From the NCBI GenBank assembly GCA_951406725.2, contig OX597818.1, forward strand, positions 107,384,001-107,448,000: 64,000 nucleotides of DNA. The letters are read 5' to 3'. Of this stretch, positions 1-12,514 are shown piece after piece. Made by a program: the position numbers and the translations under genes. Under the pieces are notes generated by a model. The model was not told where the DNA came from. It searched no databases and saw only the letters and a program-made list of their open reading frames with translations. Position 1 is the first letter of the stretch. Every line of letters starts with the position of its first letter. This DNA is from Octopus vulgaris. Taxonomy: Eukaryota.

Positions 1-160
1 CATTTAACGTCCGTGTTCCATACTAGCATGGATGGGATGGTACCACAAAGTCGGCCAGGCCAAAGCCTGCACCAGACTTCTGTGACTGTTTGGCAGGATT
101 TTTACAACTGGATGCCCTTCCTGACACCAACCACTCAGTAGAGTGGACTTAGTGCTTAGG
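1..160 (-). mobile_element. RTE-type LINE 3' tail fragment
   Basis: TTTAACGTCCGTGTTCCATACTAGCATGG...CTGGATGCCCTTCCTGACACCAACCACTC, the same tail that follows RTE-coding sequence at 20140-20750, 48060-48586 and 56320-57063. Confidence 0.75.
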
Positions 161-284
161 ATGGAGATGGTGGCAAAATGCGAGACATACTCACAAGGAA
201 CAAGGATCAGAGTATAAATGAGATGGTTGAGTAAAGGAAGAGTGCAAATAAGTGGCAAAAGACCTGAGTATATATAGATTTGGT

Positions 285-669
285 GGGGCTATTGGATAGC
301 AATGATACAGAGGAACAGAGGTGTGAGTACAGGATTGGGGAGTGAGAGCTAGGCATAGTGAATGGAGGAGGAAATGTGTAAAAGAGAAGAGATGTAAATT
401 GGTTTGTTGGGGTAGAGTGAGAGGAAAAGTTTTCTTGTTAGTCCTGGGTGGATTAGCAGATGGCAATAACAAAATGAGACAAGGTATGTGGGTACAACAC
501 ACAGGTTGGGGGCAAGCAGAGAGCAATGATACAGTGGCACTGGGCCAGGGCCAAGAGGACAAGATTGGAGAGTGGGGGGGTAATCATAGTACATGAAGTA
601 GAAATGTGAGGGAGAGAAGGGATGTAAATTGGTTTGTTGGGGTGGGGTGAGAGGAAAGTTTTCTTGTTA
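285..669. repeat. Diverged direct duplication, about 230 bp period
   Basis: AGCAATGATACAG...GATGTAAATTGGTTTGTTGGGGT...GAGAGGAAA(A)GTTTTCTTGTTA occurs at about 285-440 and 509-669. Confidence 0.75.
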
Positions 670-711
670 CGTATAACATGTTACCCTGACAACAAAATAA
701 GAAATTAACTA

Positions 712-905
712 AATAGGAATGGCTCTGTAGTAAGAAGTTTGCTTCTCAACTACATTATTCTGGGTTCACTTTCATTGCCTGGCACCTTGAGCAAGTGTCT
801 TCTGTTATACCTTTAGGCTGCCCCTTGTGGGCAATATGAAGCCTTGTGAGAGGAATTGGCAAAGAAACACTGAAAACAAATATATATATATGTATATATA
901 TGTAC

Positions 906-940
<35 letters not shown>

Positions 941-1697
941 AATGTTTGTAGCCACTTCAACATTGCTGTTCCATTTGAATAGACTTTACTGCAATTTTTT
1001 AACCCCGAGAGGTCATTTCCTCTAGCTGGTAAATGATGCACAGCTGCATCCGATATATTGTGAGCAAGGAACCAACCCCTACCACCTTCTAGCGACAGGA
1101 CCAACACACCAGCCTGGTTTCAGGATATTTCTGCCTCTCTTCAGTACTGGACACTTTGTCTGCTAGAAATGGCAGTTGCTCACCTCTGCTCACAACATAT
1201 ATATAAATTCAAGCAACACACAGTCACTGATCTTGCAACAAGCAAAAACAAGCAGGTGTGCATTGTTAACCAGCCAGAAGAGATGTCCTTTTGGGGTTAA
1301 AAAATCATAGTAAAGTCCGTCTGAGCAGAACAGCCATGTTGAAGTGGCTAGAAACATTACTTGTTAGTACAACTACTGGTATCATCTCTTGGAGAGATTT
1401 TAGAACTAGCCTTTTAGCTTATATATGTGTGTGTGTGTGTGGGGGGGTTGTGTGTGTGTATGTGTGCGTGTGTATTTATATATGTGTTTGTATATACATT
1501 TATATATGTTTGTGCGTTTGTCTCCCACCATTACTTGTGTATATGTTCCTGTAACTTAGCAATTTGGCAAAAGAGACTGATAGAATGAGTACCATGGTTA
1601 AAAATAAAGTCAGTACTGGGGTTGATACATTAGACTAGAATTCTTGAAGCCAGTGCTCCAGCATGGTCACGGTCTAACTGAAAAAGGTAAAAGATAA
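712..1697 (+). mobile_element. CORE-type tRNA-derived SINE (family A), interrupted by a fold-back insertion
   Basis: 5' half 712-880 (GGCACCTTGAGCAAGTGTCTTCT core) and 3' half about 1510-1697 (GGCAAAAGAGACTGATAGAAT...GTGCTCCAGCATGGTCAC) match the intact copy at 18383-18797. Confidence 0.75.
937..1362. mobile_element. Fold-back / MITE-like element with about 110 bp terminal inverted repeats
   Basis: 937-1047 (AAGTAATGTTTGTAGCCACTTCAACATTGCTGTTC...) is the diverged reverse complement of 1252-1362; an inner inverted repeat spans about 1053-1200. Confidence 0.8.
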
Positions 1698-2023
1698 AAC
1701 AAGATAAAGACTGGTTGGGTGAATAGTTTGAGCAAGTCTGGTGGGGGGGAGGTCTTGAGAAAGCAAAGATTCTATAAATGTCACCAATTGTTGTACAGTG
1801 TTTAGATGAACGTCAACAGAAGTTCTTGTTATTTTCATGCTCAAGTCCTGGGGTTGTAGTAGAAGCAGGAGACTGGGAACTGCTTCCTTGCAGAGAAATG
1901 GTTTTGCTCTGTTTATTTTGTATATTATTACGATACCTTGCATTACCATCCAAACACGATGGCATCGCATTGTCTTTGACATAAATTGCAATCTCTTTTG
2001 CTCAGTATAAGACTATGTATTTA

Positions 2024-2402
2024 ATCTTAATATCTTTTACTTGTTTCAGTCATTTGACTGTGGTCATGCTGGAGCACTGCTTTGAAGAATTCTTTGCCAG
2101 TTGACCCCAGAGCTTAATTTTTTTTACAGCCTGGTACTTATTCTGTAAGTCTCTTTTGCTGAACCACTATTTACGAGAATGCAAACAAACCAGCACTGGT
2201 TGTCAAGCAGTTGTGAGGAACAAACAAAGACATACACATACACAGATATATAACTATATATACGATGGGCTTCTTTCAGTTTCTGTCTACCTAATTTACT
2301 GACCATAGTAGAAGACGCTTGCTCAAGGTACCACACAGTGGAACTGAACCCAGAGGCATGTGGTAAGGAAGCAAACTTCTTACCACACAGCCACGTCTGC
2401 AT
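2024..2402 (-). mobile_element. CORE-type SINE family A, near full length
   Basis: Reverse complement of the 18383-18797 copy, from tail (TCTTTTACTTGTTTCAGTCATTTGACTG) to head (CTTACCACACAGCCAC). Confidence 0.85.
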
Positions 2403-2934
2403 TTAGTCTTAAGTAATAATTTCCATTTGAGAGTGACATTTAAATTTTCCATTCAGATTCCTACATATATAATCTAGTTGTTGTAGCTTAGTTTAAAAGG
2501 GTTTAGAGTTGAATAAACACACTCACTCACACACATGTATGTATATGTGTAAGTATGTATATATATGTGTGTGTGTGTGTGTGTACTTATGTATGCATAC
2601 ACAAATATATGTACTGGTATGAATGTGTGTATGTACACAAAGGTGCTGGCATAGATGACATTGTACACAGAGATCTTATTACAAACTAAGCTTCATAAAT
2701 GTTTGGCATATTTTAACGGTCCCTTTGACAGCTTATAGATGTAATTTTCAGATTAAATGTGTTCTTCCGGGTTTTGTGGATTACATTTTCTCATGACTAA
2801 ACCCAAGGCAGTTGGTTACGCAGACAAGTGCTGCACTGATTCTTAGTAGAAATCGAAAGTTAGTCAGAAAGGACAACCTTTACTTGTCAGAAACCTTTAC
2901 TATTCTGTGGATGTCATCTACAGGGTAACTGATA

Positions 2935-3405
2935 TCAAAATCAAAATCAAATATCAAATCACAATCCAATGGATTGTGGCCGATGCCAGTGCTGCCTGAC
3001 TGGCTCTCGTGCTGGTGGCATGCAATAAGCACCATTCATGCGTGGGTCATTGCTAGTGCCGCTTGATTGGCTCCCCATGATGGTGGCACATAAAAAGCAC
3101 CATCCTAATGTGGTTGATGCCAGCCCCCATCACCCCAACTGGCTTCTGTGCCAGTAGCACATAAAAAGCACCATCCAAACATGGCCAATGCCAGTACCGC
3201 CTGACTGGCTTCCATACTGGTGGCACGTAAAATGCACCCACTACACTCTCAGAGTGGTTGGCATTAGGAAAGGCATCCAGCTGTAGAAACATTACCAGAT
3301 CAGATTGGAGCCTGGTGAGGTCTGATGACTTGCTAGTCCCCAGTCAAACTATCCAACCCATGCCAGTTAGGAAAACGGACGTTAAACGATGATGATGATA
3401 ATGAT
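2935..3405 (+). mobile_element. RTE LINE 3' UTR with four internal repeat units and (GAT)n tail
   Basis: Repeated GGTGGCAC(G/A)TAAAA(A)GCACC units, GGCATTAGGAAAGGCATCCAGCTGTAGAAAC, ends CGTTAAACGATGATGATG. Confidence 0.85.
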
Positions 3406-3439
3406 GAGCTTAATTTCTTTCCCATATTTCAGGTTATTA

Positions 3440-4005
3440 GGTTCATTCAGTCAGCCTTGCATTTTATTAAAGTTTTGACAAGGCCATTCCATCACTATCT
3501 TCTTGAATTATGGTGTTGCCCTTCATATCTCTGTAGCTTGCATTATCCTTTCTTTGATTTGCATTATATAGTGTTCTCATCAAGACATCAAGTCTCTTGG
3601 GTAAGTAATATGGTGTGGTGCCATTTTGGGAAGGCTACGGGCATTTGTGTATGATGTGGGGGACATCATCAATGTTAATTCATAATGGATAACATTGATT
3701 TGCTACACTATATCATTATCTTCATATTTGTTGTCTAAACGACAGTTGATTCACTTAGTTACAATTGACATTTCTATCTTTGCTATTTCTGTTATTGGTG
3801 TTGCGGATTTGCTTTGGTTCAAAAATGGAAGAATTTGTGCAAAACTCAGTTGTGGCAGCGTAAGACAATTTGATGGTATTTTTCATGGTGGTAAAAAATT
3901 CTTTAGTATCAATGCTTGGGGGATAAAGGTTTTCTAATTCAGTGGAAGAAGAGTGCCGTAATAAGTTAACGTCAGTGTACAGGATGAAACATGTGGCTAT
4001 CTGCA
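3440..4005 (-). mobile_element. Decayed RLE-clade non-LTR retrotransposon fragment (zinc-knuckle region)
   Basis: Minus-strand pieces DDVPHII..CP..PKM and YYLPKRLDVLMRTLYNA resemble the E-x-x-x-HII-x-x-CP...Y..RHD motif of RLE elements; frameshifted. Confidence 0.45.
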
Positions 4006-4186
4006 AAGAATCACATTATAAACTGCTATATGTTCACTCAATATAATGCTGTTATACAGACACACACACACACACACAAATCTTTTATCTTTTACCTGTT
4101 TCAGTCACTAGACTGTGGTCTTGCTGGGGCACCACATGTATAATATTTATATATTTTGTATAATATATATATATATATATATAACA

Positions 4187-4570
4187 GCTGTGTGAGGAAG
4201 TGCTACTCCCTAACAGTAGAAGGAACCTGTGGAAGAGGTAGACCTAGGAAGACATGGGTTAAGGTGGTGTAGCATGATCTTCAAACATTGGGCCTCACAC
4301 TGGTAATGTCGGGAAGACTGGGACCTTTGGAAATATGTTGTGATTGAGAAGACTCAGCAACTAAAATGAGATTGCAGCCAAACATGTCTGGTCCTGTTAA
4401 GAATACCCCTGATGTATCAGGCGATATAATATACTTGAGAAGACCTGTTAAGTCAAGTAAAACCAATATCGTAGCTGGGGTCAGTGCCCCCTGACTGGCT
4501 TCCATGCCAGTGGCATGTAAAAACCACCAATAGAACATGGCCAATGCCAGTACCCCCTGACTGGTTCCCT
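4187..4570 (+). mobile_element. RTE LINE ORF C-terminus and partial 3' UTR
   Basis: Translates CVRKCYSLTVEGTCGRGRPRKTWVKVV*HDLQTLGLT, containing the RTE GxRxRGRPxxxW signature. Confidence 0.85.
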
Positions 4571-5145
4571 CAAACTCACATCCCTCAAAGGCTCTAGTTG
4601 AATGCTTTACCATTAAGCTAAGCTGCTTGCTGAAAAATTAATCTTCAGATTTAGATGCACAGCAGCATATGTAAACAAGTTTTTTATCTTGTTGTTTTTA
4701 GAAGCATCGAATGTGTATTGTACTGTGTAGACATGAAAGTAATATTTTGAAAGCAGCCATGAAGACAGCAGAAAGATTAGGTATTATTACCCTTATAAGA
4801 GAGAAAAAAGTTGTCAACAGACAGCCACCTGGTTGAATATTCTTGAATATTCACTATCTGAATATTTTTTTGAAATGTGAAATGGTAGTTTGAAAGAAAC
4901 ACTTACCCTTACATCCTTTTTTTAAAAACCTTTGTAAACAACATGTGTGAAAATAGCTGCTCACACTTTTCATTCTCTCTTGTGGTTCTCATGGTAATAT
5001 TATTATAAATGTCATAAACTCCATACAACTGAAGTCTTGAAATTCCATTGCTCTTTAAGCAATGTTCCAAAATTATTCTTTTAATTAATATTTTTACAGA
5101 CCGCTGAATGTGCTTGTGGGCATTCATTTTGCATGTGTTAATGCT

Positions 5146-5147
<2 letters not shown>

Positions 5148-5206
<59 letters not shown>

Positions 5207-5209
5207 GTA

Positions 5210-5247
<38 letters not shown>

Positions 5248-5250
5248 CAC

Positions 5251-5295
<45 letters not shown>
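5148..5295. repeat. (TA)n microsatellite
   Basis: Long, nearly pure TA run; source of the YIYI ORFs. Confidence 0.95.
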
Positions 5296-5296
<1 letters not shown>

Positions 5297-6317
5297 TTAT
5301 ATACATAGACACACACATAAACAGAATTATATATTCATGTATTCATATACACATATACTTACATACATATATTCACATATAGGCATGCTCACACATGCAC
5401 ACATTAAAACAAGTCAATAAAACCCATAAATTAAACATTTTGAAAACCAACATTCTTTCCTGAACCCGAACAAAATTCTATGAGGTTTGTATTTGCATGA
5501 AGGATAGTTAAGCACAAGCATACAAAGAACATATGGATGGGCAATGCCTTCAAATCTTTGAATTCAAAAAATATTCAGACAGTGGATATTCAAAAGAAAA
5601 CCTGACATTGTTTACCAGCTGATGATCAGAAATGGGTAACTCTGTGTCATGAATATGGGAGCCTTCAACTGTAATGGATTAGAGAAGACTACATTTCTAT
5701 TGAGTCTCATAATTTATTGCTTCTGGTGAACTAGTGAATCAGCAGAGATTGATATATATATATATGTACATGATCATTTTACTCTTTTGTTTTTCTCTCT
5801 TTTTCTACTTCCTCTTCTCCCACTATTCTATCCTATTACTCTGTCACACTCTCTCCCTCACTCCTCCTCCCTTGCTCACGTGGCTCCCACGTGACTATTG
5901 GCCATCTTTCTTTCTTTCTCTCTGTTGTAGCTGGAACAAGGAAGGCATGTTCTTGTTTGTCTCCTGTCCTAGCTTGATTTACACATTCGCCGCCACAACC
6001 TTGTTTACGCTTAGCAGACCTTCTTGTTGGTTTTCACAGTCCTGTTTGTGTTACCAGTTTTGACCCTCTGCAAAATTCCAAATTTTATTTAATTTGTTTT
6101 GTGGGAGCAACTGTTTTATCAGAAGCGTATATTGTTGTTAAATGCTTGAAATACGAGACTAGAAAAACAGCCAACAACTGATGAAGGGTCGTTCTTTATC
6201 TTTTTGTCTTGTTTTCCATTGGTGTCTGTCGTTGTTCAAAAAATAGTTTATATTCCATGTACTCGTACTTCATACTTTTTGTTGTACTCATTTTGTGACA
6301 TCCCAAGCCCACATATG

Positions 6318-6364
<47 letters not shown>

Positions 6365-6989
6365 GTATACGTATAGATGTATGTACAAATACGTATGTAT
6401 ATATGCATATATATATATTATTTATTTTATATGTATATATATACACATACATACGCACACACATACATATATATATATATGTCTATATATATATATATAA
6501 ATACACATAGGTATTTTTACAAATATGCATATGTATAAGTATGTGTGTGTGTGAGTACATATATATATGAATATACACATACATATATAGATGGAATATG
6601 TATGTTAAAAAGAGGTGAAGTTTATTACGCACACATATACATACATCTGTGCATGTTTTTACATATACAAACACACACATACTTATAAACATTCAGCAGA
6701 AAATTGTGGTGAATCCTATTAGCATTAAATATTTATCTGCCAATTTATATCTATTTGAAACAATTTCGAGACTTAGTTTCCCAACATTTTTTCAACTCTA
6801 TCCTCCCCTTCCTCCTTCTCTCCCTTCTCTTCATTCTCTCCCATCCTCCCCCTCTTTTGTTACTTCTTAAAATGAAAGTAAGAAAGCCATTGCTACGTCA
6901 CTGATTACAGAGTATGTTCAACCGGGACAGCACAATAATAACCTGAACATGGACATTGAATAAGAGCAAAATTCAATGAAATCCTAATA

Positions 6990-7290
6990 TTGATCATGTA
7001 TGATGTCTTACTCCATTAACTGAAGCTTAACTGCAATTTATAACGTCTTGGCTCACTAACTTTAACTGTTCCCTCAATTTATAAGGTTTAAATCCTTAGC
7101 TTCGTCACATATCTCGATGAAGAAACTTTTGATTCTCAATATATAACGTTTGTATCATTAGTTTTAGTTCAACATTTAATAAATTCAGTTTTGACTCATT
7201 AACTTAAGCTTAGCTGTTAATAAATAATGTTATGACTGATAAATCAGAGCTTAACTCCCAATATATAAGGATTTTGATTCCTTCGCTATG
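6990..7290. repeat. Degenerate minisatellite, about 40 bp unit
   Basis: Recurring CAAT(T/A)TATAA(C/G)G and TTAAC..AAGCTTA motifs; two CAATTTATAA copies are 41 bp apart. Confidence 0.5.
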
Positions 7291-8644
7291 GCACAGCTTT
7301 AATATCCTTAAACACTAAAGATTCTTAGCTTGTCTTTACCTTAGATTGAACACTACAGCTAACTGAGACAATAAGGAGCTGAACTACCCAGTAATAAAAT
7401 ATCTGCTTTACACGGGTGTAAAGCAGGTATTTACACTGCTTTACACCGCTCTAATGTCTCTGTACAAGATGCTTACTACTCAAATAGTCCGGTCCATTTG
7501 GATGTGTGTGTGATATTCTGAGATGCAGATTTCTTATAGATATGGAGTTATCTCCTTTGCCAGACATTGTTAACAGGGCATGGGAGGAACTGGGTGAGGA
7601 TAGAAATGGTGGTCTCCAAGAAGATGAAGGGGAATAATTTCTGCTATGAGGTTCCCTGTGGTACAAAAAAGTTTGGACATTGATATGTAACAGTCATTGT
7701 GGTATCTCTTCATCTATGGAGGATATTACCTGGATAGCAGTCCAGTTGGTCATTAGTTATTGGCAGGAATCTGCTCCAACCAGCGCTAAGAAAGTATTCC
7801 AATATACAGGCAATATTCTAACCCAAATACTATAACTTATGAATGTTTTGTTTGGTTGTGGTTCTTTTATAAATATTGTTTGAAGAGAGATGACTTTTCT
7901 GAATAAATGGCATGAACTTTCTATCTTCTACAACCCAAGGGATTATGAGTCTCACACTGATATCGTAAAATTTAAAATTTGTTTTCAGTAAAGTTCAGGA
8001 TTTATTAGTTTCAGAGATAGACAATAAAAAACATTTTAACATGAGGAAATCTTCCTGTAAATGGCAAAAAAAAAACCCTTTCTGCTGAAGAATCCTTTTA
8101 TTGTGATCTTTGATTTTATTCTTTCCATTTTTACCAGCTTGTTATGCAGCTAATGATACCATGTAAAACTCCTGCAGAAATAATGCATTATAGCTTCTTG
8201 CTAATGCACCATGAAAAATTAAGTGATGTTGATTCTGCTTTGGAAACTCAGTAGACTGCTGGCATTTACATAACGACATAAACCTTCTAATGATGTAATC
8301 TCTTTTACTTGAAAGATAAGTTTTAAAAATTGATATCACTATCTTCTATAATAAGGAATAGAAATAAAAACAAAAACATTTCGTTTTTGTATTTGGTTTG
8401 CAAGACTCTTGAGGTGAATTTGATTGTTGAAAGAGATAGGAGGGCCAATGACCCTCCTGAGATATGACAAAATGTAAAAGGATCTTAGAGAAAAGAACAT
8501 TCTTAAATATTAAGTTTTCTAAAAGTACAGACACACCTATATATGCTTTCAATTTTATCCTTAGAAAATTGATGTCATATGTTGAGATATTAATGCGGGG
8601 TTGATAATTCTTTAACTTCGGCCTGGAAATGTTTTATATTCTTT

Positions 8645-8760
8645 TCTATTCTAGGTACAAGGTCTGAAATTCTTGGGGAGGGGGCCAGTCAATTACATCG
8701 ACTCCAGTACACAACTGGTACTTGATTTTTCGATCCTGAAAGGATGAAAGGTAAAGTCTT
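8645..8760 (-). mobile_element. SINE family B fragment
   Basis: ATTACATCGACTCCAGTACACAACTGGTACTTG...GAAAGGATGAAAGG, shared with 11537, 25884 and 43456. Confidence 0.7.
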
Positions 8761-9015
8761 GTATTGCTCAAAGATTGTGCATTTGCATCTATAAAATGGC
8801 TTGGGTACAGGTAGGGAACTAAATATATCATCCATTTATGTTTTATAATATAGTTAATAAATATATATTCTGAAAATAGTTTTATATATACTTTAAAGGA
8901 ATTTTTAAATAAATTTTGCATATGAAACAAATTCTGTTTAAATGGTTTTGGATTTTATATAGACATGAAGTTTAGATTTAATGGGAAAAGAATGCTTTGT
9001 GCATTACTTAATGTG

Positions 9016-9050
<35 letters not shown>

Positions 9051-9514
9051 GTATTACTTAATATACCATCGCAAAATAAATATATAAAGTTTATCACAAT
9101 TCATTTTAAAATTCAGTGGAATTATTTATCTATCTATCTATTCCATTTTAAAATTATTTTGCCTCATTAACAAGACCTTTTTTTTTTACATTGCAGTCTC
9201 CATTTGATTTTATAAACTTTCACCATATTATCTATGGAAAACTTTTCCTCTCAGATAACCATATCATCATCTTCATCATTTTCATCTTCGGTCATGAAAG
9301 AAACAATTGAAGCATCATTATCAATGTCTCACTCGCTTTGATATCCACCTCTTCCTCTTACTAATGGATTCTGACTATATACATTTTCCATATTGGAAAG
9401 AGAGCTGACATCTTTTTTTCTCACCATGTGAAATTCTCCAAGGTCATCACTTTGATCATCCTCACCACTGCACACAGCCTGAGGCTAGAGGCCAGAGGTT
9501 ATAGCAGCCAGGTA

Positions 9515-9870
9515 CATCCTCATCATCGCTTAACGTCCGTTTTCCGTGCTAGCATGGGTTGGACGGTTTGACCAGGGTCTGGGAAGCAAGGAGGCTGCAC
9601 CAGGCTCCAGTCTGATCTGGCAGTGTTTCTACAGCTAGATGCCCTTCCTAACACCAACCACTCCATGAGTGTAGTGGGTGCTTTTTACGTGCCACCGGCA
9701 CAGGTATAACAACTACAATTTCCACTTGATATTTATTTTGATATTGATGTACTTGACTCAATAGGTCTCCTCAAGCACAGCAGGTCACTCTACGATCCAA
9801 GGTAAGCACAGCAGGTCGTTCTGCAATCCAAGGAACTTTGGATGGGCTGACGCTATGCCAAACTGGTGCA
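9515..9870 (-). mobile_element. RTE LINE 3' UTR and tail
   Basis: CATCATCGCTTAACGTCCGTTTTCCGTGCTAGCATGGGTTGGACGG...GATGCCCTTCCTAACACCAACC. Confidence 0.85.
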
Positions 9871-10706
9871 GGAAGCTCTGTATTTTGCTATCTGATCCCA
9901 TGTGTTAGCAACTCCCTAAACAGCATCCTTCACATTCAACTCCTTTTGGAAACCTTCTACATCTGCACTTCTGTACACAGCAGCCAACATGCTGTTCAGG
10001 AAATTCTCTTCGTCTCCCATGATATTAGGGTCACATGACTGGAATTGAAGTAAAGTCCATTGCATAAAAAGGATTTTTGTGTAGAGACTCTGCTGAAGGA
10101 TAAGCAGAACAGCTGTATAGGAATAACAAAATCTTATACTTGGTGTGGGATGACGTCAGCAGCAGTTGTGGAAGGGTGCGTTACCACCGGAGGGATCTGC
10201 GTCGACAAAGAGAAGGTAGGTGACTTACTTCAAATCTCCCGCATACACCACACTTGGCATTTAAGCTTATTTTTTTTTTTGTAGTGGGAATGAGTCACTG
10301 GGACAAGAGATTTGTTATCCTCATCAGAAAAAAACACCATCTTTTGTAATCCAAGTTGCTAAAGTAATAGTCCACCCTGCTAATGAACCACATCCAATTG
10401 TTATTGATTCAGCAGATCCTTGAGCAATGGTATTCCAGTCATGAGGATTCCTTAAAGGATTTTTGTTTTAGTCTAACACCAATTTCTTTCATTGGTCCAA
10501 AACCGAGCTGGAGCACTGTCTTCATGGCTTTCAGTTTATCATATCAACTCTAGAAGTTATTTCAATCTCATACTTATTTTATTGATCCTTATTTATTGGT
10601 CAGCAAAGTCGCTCCTTTGATGTAAAGGTGCACACATTTCATCTTACACTGAGAGATGCTTTACAGATGCACACACACGTGTGTGTGTGTATGTGTGTGT
10701 GTGCAT

Positions 10707-10740
<34 letters not shown>

Positions 10741-11536
10741 CAAGGATTTACCACAGCTTCAATCTATCAATTCCACTATCAAACATTGGTCAATTCAAGA
10801 CTACAGCCAAAGATACTCATCCAAAGTGTTGTGTTGCAGAGTCACACCTAGATCCACCTGTTTCCAAAGCAAACTCGATAACCACAAGACAATCTCTGTA
10901 CATTTTGTTTTACTCTTCACACTCAAAGACATGCTCTGGCATCCAAACCAAATTCTATTGTTTCCTTTCTGTCATTTCTACCATTACTAAAACGGTGTTT
11001 GCTCTTTGAAGTTGGTTGATCCTGTGCCTTATCCCCTCAGCAACTCCTAACCCTACTCATTGCTTCATCTCCCTTGACACCTGTCCCACTCCCCTTATCC
11101 TACACCAATCCCTGGCCAGAATACCTGCCCTCTGGAATTTTCTTCTTGTTCATGTCTTACAGCATCGATCTCACCGTTTTCACAAGACCTACAAATGTTA
11201 TGGTGACTAGTCTTCCTCCAAACTTAGTAAACGAACCAAAAATGTTTTGATGGAAAATGAAAAATATTTTTATAATCAGTCAAAAAATCTCAATTATAGA
11301 AGAAATTTCTAAATAAGGAACACTAGACAGAAACCTAAATTTTTTGAGATACATAGTTAATTCGTCAGAGGTCTGAGAATTATTAAGTTACCTTGAGTTA
11401 TGAATTTTTATCTTCTTAAAAAGTTTAAATAAACACGTAATACGATCCAAGGGGAGATAATTATATAAAAAGCCAAACATAGCAAACAGCGTGTTGCTGT
11501 TTAAATAATTGAAAAGGATGGATGACTCATCAATAT

Positions 11537-12148
11537 TGGTTTCATATTTTGGTGCAAGCCCAGCAATTGCAGGGGAGGGGGTAAGCCAATGACATTGACC
11601 CCTTCCCTCAGTAATGGACTGGTTCTTATTTTATCACCCCTGAAAGGATGAAAGGCATAGTTAACCTCAGTGGAATTTGAACTCAGAAAGTAAAAACGGA
11701 CAAAATGCTTAGTGGTTAACATGGGTTCACAACCTGAGAGCAACAGCATCCAAAATGGTCTCAAAGCCATCTAATGAGATCGCCATTCAGAAGGCTGTAA
11801 TATCATTTGATAAAGGAACACGGTACAATGAATTCATATAACAAGGCTGTAACTTTAAATACCTTTACTCAAGGTCTCAAACATATACAATTGAACAATA
11901 AAGGAAAGAGTCTGATGAATGGAGACCATGTTCATCTTCTGTGTACTACCTCATGTCTGCTTGCTGGTGTGTGTTGTAAGGGAGCCAACTAGATCGTGTC
12001 TTTGCTCTCCAATGTCTAGATGACAAAAGAGGAAGTCACAAGACCTTGTGTCAGAATCTCACCACCTCTTGAGCCATCCAGCATGAGCTTGTTTAAACCC
12101 AGTGGCATTTTGTCTGGCATGCTAATGTTTCTGCTAGCTCACTGCCTT
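11537..12148 (-). mobile_element. tRNA-derived SINE family B, split by a about 390 bp insertion
   Basis: 11537-11710 (GAAAGGATGAAAGGC...GGAATTTGAACTCAG, B-box on the minus strand) resumes at about 12105 (GCATTTTGTCTGGCATGCTAATGTTTCTGCTAGCTC); the two parts are contiguous in the 43456-43687 copy. Confidence 0.75.
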
Positions 12149-12467
12149 ATGACTTGTTAATATTACCAAGGAGGAGAAGACATCCACAAAGAAGACAAGC
12201 AATGAGTTTTGGGTTGATTCATTATAAACAAGGACTCGATCAAGTTTTGGAGGGGACGTTTAACAACTGAATGGGCACCAATATAAAATATTGGAATTTA
12301 ATTTACCGAATGATTAAAGAAAAGCAAAGCAACGAATTGAAAGCAGTTTTATAATGCAGTTAGTCCAGAGCCAAACTTTCTTCACCATCAGAGACTTATA
12401 TGAATTTAGTATGCTTTCGATTATGTACTAAACTTTACAGAAATAGATTTTTTAAAAATGGTATTAA

Positions 12468-12514
<47 letters not shown>

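Noticed and set aside
2990-3245. Repeat-spacer pattern superficially like a CRISPR array
   Set aside because: Eukaryotic context, degenerate repeats, related spacers, part of an RTE 3' UTR, no cas genes
4909-5420. YIYI, HTHT and CVCV ORFs here and throughout the window
   Set aside because: Dinucleotide microsatellite translations
5615-5725. CCAG-CTGATGA...CTGG hammerhead candidate
   Set aside because: No GAAA or stem III in position; at best a fossil
6110-6200. Hammerhead-like fragments (GCTTGAAATACGAGAC, CTGATGAAGGG)
   Set aside because: Core halves incomplete or in the wrong order
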